A DNA stretch of 35,506 bases from the NCBI GenBank assembly GCA_048939995.1, contig JBHLOY010000017.1, forward strand, positions 1-35,506, in the 5' to 3' direction. The DNA comes from Promethearchaeota archaeon. Its GTDB lineage: Archaea > Asgardarchaeota > Lokiarchaeia > Sigyniarchaeales > SOKP01. Numbering within the stretch: the first letter of the stretch is position 1; the number at the start of each line of letters is the position of its first letter. Below, one piece after another: positions 29,402 through 35,506 of the stretch. The notes beneath the pieces were generated by a model. That model had not been told where the DNA came from. It did no database searches and saw only the letters and a list, made by a program, of their open reading frames with translations. The position numbers and the translations under genes were made by a program.

Positions 29402-29581
29402 TGTAGAAATTTCTACATTATAATTGTTTGTCTCACCAACTAAGACTGACCAAAGATTTATTAGATTATACTTTAAAAAGATACTTCAGCTTTAGTTCAA
29501 TTTTACTAATTTAAATATTGTCAATTCTATAATATTATTAACTAAATGAGAATTTAATAATCCAAAATAAATAGATCATTT

Positions 29582-29785
29582 ATGAGTGAAATCGAAAAGA
29601 AACAGTGCCAAAAGTGTAAAATCTTAACTAATGAATATTTCACGATGTATGGAGAATCAGAGAGTGGGACTTGGGCTGAAATTAGATGTAAAGATTGTTT
29701 AATAGATTTTCTTCATGAGAATGATGGTATTTTTTTAGATTCGCTTTACTCTATATCATATTCAAAGGATAGGAAAAAAAGATAG
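29582..29785 (+). CDS. Small C4 Zn-finger protein
   Basis: CQKC...CKDC in 67 aa. Confidence 0.65.
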   Translation: MSEIEKKQCQKCKILTNEYFTMYGESESGTWAEIRCKDCLIDFLHENDGIFLDSLYSISYSKDRKKR

Positions 29786-29788
29786 ATT

Positions 29789-30334
29789 CTATTTTTTTTC
29801 TTTTACTATATATCTTAATATACACTTTTTATCTCCCTTAGATAATGTTGAGGGGACTTCAATCTTGAGATTCGGGTTATATCCTTTTAAAATTGAAACG
29901 TCAATATATTGACAATAAATCTGGCCATACTCCAATTTATCCCACTCTTGACAACCATTGCAAAACACACATTCTCTTCCCACGATTTCTAAATTGCCAT
30001 CTATTATTCTTGGTTTATACTTTAAAGTGCTTTTCGCATCCAAATCTCCATATATAAAAAAATTCTTCAAATTGAGTTCCTTGCCTAATGATCTAACCAA
30101 CTCTGCGATTCTCCTTCCTCGTTCTTTCCCATACTTCTTCACAGCATTCCCTATAACTTCCTTTCCTTTTTCTCCAAATTCGTTTATAACTACTTCTGCC
30201 ATCGTGCAGAAAAGTTGAGAGAACATAGCAAAGAAATGGCTTTTATATCGGTTCCCAACAACCTTTTGTCCATTGAAAATCTCCATCAAATCATCATTAG
30301 TAAACCCTTCTTTATTTTCAATGATATCTAACAC
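29789..30334 (-). CDS. L-2-amino-thiazoline-4-carboxylic acid hydrolase-like (ATC_hydrolase / V4R-like) protein
   Basis: FGEKGKEVIGNAVKKYGKERG, CVF...W, YCQYID, GYNP, LSKGDKKC. Confidence 0.85.
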   Translation of the reverse strand: MLDIIENKEGFTNDDLMEIFNGQKVVGNRYKSHFFAMFSQLFCTMAEVVINEFGEKGKEVIGNAVKKYGKERGRRIAELVRSLGKELNLKNFFIYGDLDAKSTLKYKPRIIDGNLEIVGRECVFCNGCQEWDKLEYGQIYCQYIDVSILKGYNPNLKIEVPSTLSKGDKKCILRYIVKEKK

Positions 30335-30490
30335 CTATTCAAAATTTCAATACTTAAATCTTAATCTTATTAATTTTATTAAAAGGTTGTGTTGACCTTT
30401 TTAAAGACTTTTTTTATTTTACCCTTCTTAAAAAAGTAGGTATTATAAGAATAAGTGGTTTATTTTAACATAAAATTTAATCTAATTATC

Positions 30491-30661
30491 ATGCCTAATT
30501 GTATAAATTGTGGTATGGAAATCTCAGAGGAACAGAATAGAAATTTTAATGGTTTATGTCCAAATTGCGCGCAATTAGTAAAACCTACCAAGCAGAAAGT
30601 AGGAGGCTATTGGTTAAAGAAAAGGAAAGAAAAGAGAAGAAAAAAGAAATTAGAATTGTAG
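30491..30661 (+). CDS. Small C4 Zn-finger protein with basic tail
   Basis: From ATG 30491: CINC...CPNC then KKRKEKRRKKK. GTG 30455 is an alternative start. Confidence 0.7.
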   Translation: MPNCINCGMEISEEQNRNFNGLCPNCAQLVKPTKQKVGGYWLKKRKEKRRKKKLEL

Positions 30662-30691
30662 ATATATAATCAAAGAAAATTTTGTAAATTC

Positions 30692-33103
30692 TTAGTTTAT
30701 TGGTAAAAATATTTGATTTTTGTAGGCTTCATAGACCAAAAAATTAGCTTCTTGATCTGAAATATCCATTTCTCGTACGAGGGTATAGGTGACTTCGGCA
30801 GGATAAAAACCATCAGACTTTGACTTAAAATCTTTTAAAATGGTTTTAAATGATTCAGGAGCATCATATTTATCTAATTGTTTTACATTAATGATGCATT
30901 TTTTATTTAGATTCACATCAAGTCCCTTTTTAATTGATTCCTCAAAATCATTGAAAACCTGGAGTTCACCGTCAAAGTTTTTTAAATCATCAATATGCTT
31001 ATTTTCATATGCCCTTAAAATCTGTCCACACTTTTCTTTTATCAAATCTCCAAGACTGCTGTAAGACACTAAACCTAATCTAAGATATACACCATCCATA
31101 AGGGTTATTGTAAATTCTTTGTACTCAATAACATTATCTCCCCCTTCACCCCGAACTTGCAGACCCATCTGTTTAGCAAGTTCATTTTTAAAACTTCCTA
31201 TAGCAGATATAAAGCCAGTGAATAAATTTTCATCCAATCCAATACCACCATGAAGTGCCATTTTAGATAAGCATAAACCTGATTCATTATGTATGGCTAA
31301 AATTGTAAGAATGCTAGTGATGTCTTTAAAATATTGTGCTTCTGATAATTGTTCTTCATTGAGTTTCCTTGATTTTTTTATTCTTCTCTTAAGTGAAACT
31401 CTCATTACAATAATAGTAACTGCGATTATTAATATTACGATGATACCAATAACTATGATAATTATTACATCGAGGGGAGGATTTCCGTTATGAGGCCCTT
31501 CGGAGATACCTTTAATTAAATTTACGGAATTAGAACCAAGATTCCATGCAATATCTCGAACATAAAATGTGATAATGACATTGCCATCAGCTAATGCATC
31601 CCATACTTCCTCGTTAATTGTCCCATTTTCTGTAAAGTAGTATTTTACACCACTATTATTTATAACATACCACATAGAATATATATACGGATCATTAATG
31701 AAAATATTAAATTCAGGAGCATTCGTTCCATAAGTACTTGATGTTGGAGTGTTGATGGTTATAACGGGAACCCCATGATCGTACATAGGAAGAGTGTCAT
31801 TTGCATTTGCATCACCTGAAATATTGTACGAGGTATCACCAATATGATCAGTATTTAAATCCTCACCGGTATAATCGTCCCAATAATTCCCAATCACCGA
31901 ATTGTCCCAAAAATTTGCCGTTCCATTATCATAAGCATGAATTCCATTTGAGATAAAGGCGTTTTTATAGAAGTTATTATTAGTGTCGGAAGGATCATCA
32001 AGTTGTATGCCCATGTTAATATTATCTTTAATAACGTTATCATAAAATTCATTATTGTCGGAATTGAGAATTATTCGTATCGCATAATTTACTGTTTCAT
32101 TTATAAAATTTCTATATATCTTGCCCCCATCACACGCACTCATAATAATTCCATAGGATCCCCCTGAGATCGTATTGTCAGTAATTTCAGTCTGGAAGTC
32201 TATTAACATCCACATTCCAGTGCCGCAGTCTATTATTTGATTACCCGCAACATAACTTTGATCAGAGGTGACCATGTATATTCCATAATTATTAAGATCT
32301 TCAAACAAGTTGAGTGAGATAGTATTTTGATCACAATCAGTGTGTAGCCTTATACCATAATCTTGCTGATTTGTGGCTTTATTTGTAATCGTATTATTAA
32401 ATATTATATTTTCTTCGCAATTATTATCAATGTTTATTCCATAGACATTATTATCATATATCGAATTTCCGAAAATATCATTATTATCACAAAAACTTCT
32501 AAGATATATCCCCGTATCTTGAAAGTTTGTACCTTCATTTTTTACCGTATTTTCAAGGATTCTATTGTTATTACAATTCGAGGTCAAATTGATTCCACAC
32601 AAACCATTATTCATTAAAGTATTTCGTAGGAGTGTATTATTAGCGCAATTAATCATGTTGATTCCGGAGTCTAGGTTGCCTGAAAGAAGATTCCTAATTA
32701 AAGCACCATTATTCGTATTTTCTAATTTGATTCCATTAGCAGACCCAAAAATCGTAACATTTTTAATTGTAAAATAAACGTTAATGGAATTTTCAATAAA
32801 AATACCACAACCGACTGGAGAATCAGTTGCATTAATTATCATATTTTCAATTAAATAGGGGCTGCGCCAAGTACCTGAACCAGAACACCAATCAGATTGA
32901 TTAGCAATGGTCCAATTTAAATCAGTAATATGGATAAACGTAAAGTTATTCCAAAATCCCGCTGGTTTTAAATTATATGTTCTAATTTTTAAATCCTCTT
33001 GCATAGTTTCAATACCATCTTTCAAATTATTTTGACTAGTTATTGAAAAAATTAATAGAAAAAACACTAAAAAAGCAAAAATGCCTTTACCCTTTGTTCT
33101 CAT
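30692..33103 (-). CDS. Single-pass membrane protein: NosD/pectin-lyase-like beta-helix ectodomain, Ig-like domain, TM, longin-like cytoplasmic domain
   Basis: Signal peptide; GSGT...PYLIEN; repeated N-x-I-x-x-N...GI beta-helix turns; GNYWDDY..D...GDTSY; Ile/Val TM then KRRIKK; IHNESGLCL...DENLFTGFISAI..F. Confidence 0.82.
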   Translation of the reverse strand: MRTKGKGIFAFLVFFLLIFSITSQNNLKDGIETMQEDLKIRTYNLKPAGFWNNFTFIHITDLNWTIANQSDWCSGSGTWRSPYLIENMIINATDSPVGCGIFIENSINVYFTIKNVTIFGSANGIKLENTNNGALIRNLLSGNLDSGINMINCANNTLLRNTLMNNGLCGINLTSNCNNNRILENTVKNEGTNFQDTGIYLRSFCDNNDIFGNSIYDNNVYGINIDNNCEENIIFNNTITNKATNQQDYGIRLHTDCDQNTISLNLFEDLNNYGIYMVTSDQSYVAGNQIIDCGTGMWMLIDFQTEITDNTISGGSYGIIMSACDGGKIYRNFINETVNYAIRIILNSDNNEFYDNVIKDNINMGIQLDDPSDTNNNFYKNAFISNGIHAYDNGTANFWDNSVIGNYWDDYTGEDLNTDHIGDTSYNISGDANANDTLPMYDHGVPVITINTPTSSTYGTNAPEFNIFINDPYIYSMWYVINNSGVKYYFTENGTINEEVWDALADGNVIITFYVRDIAWNLGSNSVNLIKGISEGPHNGNPPLDVIIIIVIGIIVILIIAVTIIVMRVSLKRRIKKSRKLNEEQLSEAQYFKDITSILTILAIHNESGLCLSKMALHGGIGLDENLFTGFISAIGSFKNELAKQMGLQVRGEGGDNVIEYKEFTITLMDGVYLRLGLVSYSSLGDLIKEKCGQILRAYENKHIDDLKNFDGELQVFNDFEESIKKGLDVNLNKKCIINVKQLDKYDAPESFKTILKDFKSKSDGFYPAEVTYTLVREMDISDQEANFLVYEAYKNQIFLPIN

Positions 33104-33354
33104 TATAAAATACCCCTTATTTCCCTTTAATAGAAATTATTCTAAAAAAAATATAAACTTCATAAATATAGATTTTTGTCTTTTTCAAAATTTTCAATAA
33201 TTTCTAATTTCCTTTAAAAATAAGTAGGAACATTAATTTTCTGAGGATTATCCTATTTAAAAGAATAAATTTTCAATCTTAATAGGCATAATTAAATAAA
33301 ACATTGCATAAGTATCCTAAAAACTACTATGTAAGATATTATTTTTAATCCAGA

Positions 33355-34353
33355 ATGATGAGAAAGAAGAAAATGATTATTATTGGAGCGATACTAGCAT
33401 TTTTAGTAATTAACTCAGTCATTATGTTAAGTATAATTCTAGATAATTTTTCCACTACAATTTATTCTGGCGACTTTCCTGATTTTTATACTAAAACTGA
33501 GGATTATTATATTACTCGAATCGGAGATGTCCCTATAATTGATGAACAAAGTTATAAGTTAGAGATAACAGGTTGTATCGAGAATCCTACAAATTACAGC
33601 CTTTCTGAGTTACGAGCTCTGCCCTTAATTAAATTCCCATTAACAATAGAATGTATTGGAAATCCTGTTTCAGGTTCCTTAATTTCCACAGCCAATTGGA
33701 CTGGATTTAGCATTTACGATTTATTAAGCTCGCTTGAAATAAAGAGTAATGCAACTGGTGTTAAATATTACGCTGCAGATGGTTATTATGCGACCCATAC
33801 AATGGAACAATTAATTAATAATCCAGTCATAGGAGCACTTTTCATCAATAATCAAACTTTACCACAGGCTCAAGGGTTTCCTTTAAGAATAATAAACCCT
33901 GGTTACTATGGAGCTAAACAACCTGCTTGGGTAACTGGAATTGAGGTAATTAACATGCCATTAAACGATTATTGGGATGATCGGGGTTGGGACACTTCAC
34001 CTCCTATGGCTGTAGACTCCAAAATTTTTTTCCCAGAAAGCTATATTTCAGTGAAAAGGGGCGATTCAATTTTAATTGGGGGTGCAGCTTATGGAGGAAC
34101 TAGAATATCAAAAGTGGAATATACCGTTAATGATGAATTTGATTGGTACCAAGCAAAAATAATTAAAAGTGTTGATTTTAACCATGTTTGGGTTTTTTGG
34201 CAATTAGAACTTACTACTTCTGAAATGACAACAGGATTCAAAACTATATACGTGAGAGCCACAGACATTTTTAATCGAACACAACCCAAAATTGATACGG
34301 TTAAAACAGATGGAGATAATAGTTGGCCCTATTTAGTTTTTAATTTGACATAA
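33355..34353 (+). CDS. Sulfite oxidase family molybdopterin oxidoreductase, membrane-anchored
   Basis: TIECIGN (Mo-ligating Cys), ANWTG, AADGY, QGFPLR..PGYYGAK...W, YW..RGW, Ig-like dimerization domain (VRATD...TQP). Confidence 0.9.
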   Translation: MMRKKKMIIIGAILAFLVINSVIMLSIILDNFSTTIYSGDFPDFYTKTEDYYITRIGDVPIIDEQSYKLEITGCIENPTNYSLSELRALPLIKFPLTIECIGNPVSGSLISTANWTGFSIYDLLSSLEIKSNATGVKYYAADGYYATHTMEQLINNPVIGALFINNQTLPQAQGFPLRIINPGYYGAKQPAWVTGIEVINMPLNDYWDDRGWDTSPPMAVDSKIFFPESYISVKRGDSILIGGAAYGGTRISKVEYTVNDEFDWYQAKIIKSVDFNHVWVFWQLELTTSEMTTGFKTIYVRATDIFNRTQPKIDTVKTDGDNSWPYLVFNLT

Positions 34354-34785
34354 AATCTTCTTATCAGGAATAGTAATTTATTATAATTCATTATTGCAAG
34401 TAACAAAACACAATTGATTATGGTGACGTATGGAGAACCTTTCGGGGTATGTTAAGCCATACCATTGTAAGCGTGATAAATGAGCTTAGTGAACTCTTTC
34501 TATGAAATCCTATGAATAATAAAATTAGTTAATCTTTATCCGCTAAAAAGGTTTTTTACTCATTTATATTATCCACTGTTTTAACATACACAAGGTTTGA
34601 GCATTTTTAAATATTCTCCCGCAATTGATTAAAATTTATATGGAAATATAAGTTCAAATTCAGGTTTTAATTACTTTTTTTGAAGATTAGTTCTTAATAG
34701 GTTAGGGGTTCTGAATCAATTATAAATATAACTTTAACTAAAAATAACTTAATTATTTTAATCCTAAATTCGAAATCATAAAAAT

Positions 34786-35454
34786 ATGAATATAAAAGAT
34801 GCTGAAAATTCAGAAAAGGTATATCTAGAGACTATAGAAAAATATAAAGAGTTAGCTAAGAAAAATCCAGAAATCTATTTACCAAAAGTTGCTATGGCAC
34901 AGAATAACCTTGGAATATTTTATTGGAAGCTAGGAAAGTATGGGGAGGCGGAACTCGCTTATCAAGAAGCATTAGAAATATGTAAAGAGTTAGCTAAGGA
35001 AAATCCCGAAGAATATAGACCTGCTATTGCTTTAACGCAGAATAATTTTGGATTATTATATGCTGATTTAGGAAGGCTTGAGGAAACTGAACACGCATAT
35101 CTGCAAGCATTAAATATATATAAAGAACTAGCTGCCATGAATCCTGATACACATAAATCCAATGTTTCGATGATGCAATATAACCTTGGAATATTGTATT
35201 GGAAATTAGGAAGGTTTGAGGATGCTGAACATGCATATTTAGAAGCATTAGAGATAGATAAAGAGTTAGCTAAGAAAAATCCAGATGTATATAAATCCAA
35301 CGTTGCGATGACGCAGAAGAGCCTTGGAAGACTATATGATGATCTCGGAAGGTATGAAGAAGCTGAACGCGCATATCAAGAAGCAATAAAAATAGAAGAA
35401 GAACTAGCTAATAAGATTTCTGATGTGAGAAATTCTCAACCTCAATTCAATTAG
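34786..35454 (+). CDS. Tetratricopeptide repeat protein (46-aa repeats)
   Basis: A..QNNLG.LY..LG..EEAE.AY.EAL.I.KELA..NP repeated. Confidence 0.9.
   Translation: MNIKDAENSEKVYLETIEKYKELAKKNPEIYLPKVAMAQNNLGIFYWKLGKYGEAELAYQEALEICKELAKENPEEYRPAIALTQNNFGLLYADLGRLEETEHAYLQALNIYKELAAMNPDTHKSNVSMMQYNLGILYWKLGRFEDAEHAYLEALEIDKELAKKNPDVYKSNVAMTQKSLGRLYDDLGRYEEAERAYQEAIKIEEELANKISDVRNSQPQFN
34846..35415 (+). repeat. 138-bp degenerate tandem repeat encoding the TPR units
   Basis: aaagagttagctaag-like anchors at 34846, 34984, 35122, 35260 and 35398, spaced exactly 138 bp. Confidence 0.85.
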
Positions 35455-35506
35455 AATTTGATTGTAAAGGTGTCCAAATGGACCAACTAAGAAAATTCTA
35501 TGATTT

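Noticed and set aside
29486-29494. In-frame TGA upstream of the GNAT gene as a selenocysteine codon
   Set aside because: A TAA lies two codons further upstream and family similarity ends about 85 nt earlier.
94-35300. Short antisense or overlapping ORFs in the track (e.g. 2799..3080, 5241..5531, 7404..7736, 16989..17279, 20162..20500, 29139..29423, 34962..35300)
   Set aside because: They lie opposite well-supported genes and have no recognisable motifs; they are shadow ORFs.
34846-35415. 138-bp repeats as a CRISPR array or DGR template/variable pair
   Set aside because: The repeats are codon-degenerate and in frame within a TPR gene, with no unique spacers and no cas or reverse transcriptase gene in the window.
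1-35506. tRNA, rRNA, IS elements or provirus
   Set aside because: No cloverleaf or T-loop motifs, long GC-rich RNA genes, transposase, integrase or capsid genes were recognised by eye.

Overview
AT-rich archaeal chromosomal segment, most consistent with an Asgard archaeon of the Lokiarchaeia/Promethearchaeota type. Support: BRE/TATA promoters, GGTG(A/G)-type SD sites, T-run terminators, a gelsolin-domain protein and a single-pass beta-helix protein with a longin-like cytoplasmic domain. The window holds about 33 CDS. Housekeeping genes are purL (5' end outside the window) and nadE. Others include HAD hydrolases, transporters (ABC-2, CaCA, ZIP, GPH/MFS), two PadR regulators, Hsp20, a solitary N6-adenine MTase, a sulfite-oxidase-family enzyme, a TPR protein and several small Zn-finger proteins. 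I saw no tRNA, rRNA, CRISPR array or transposase. Main observations: (1) a gelsolin-domain protein ending in a HeH/LEM/SAP-like helix-extension-helix module, a candidate actin-to-DNA linker; (2) a receptor-like beta-helix/TM/longin protein; (3) a 53-aa CdrS-like ribbon-helix-helix gene missing from the ORF track, with GTAATA repeats upstream; (4) a TCGAT-N3-WGATATAT motif next to the TATA boxes of both PadR genes; (5) a secreted M28/PA-alpha/beta-hydrolase fusion with an altered peptidase site; (6) a long inverted repeat after hsp20. All domain calls are by-eye motif recognition, not database searches.
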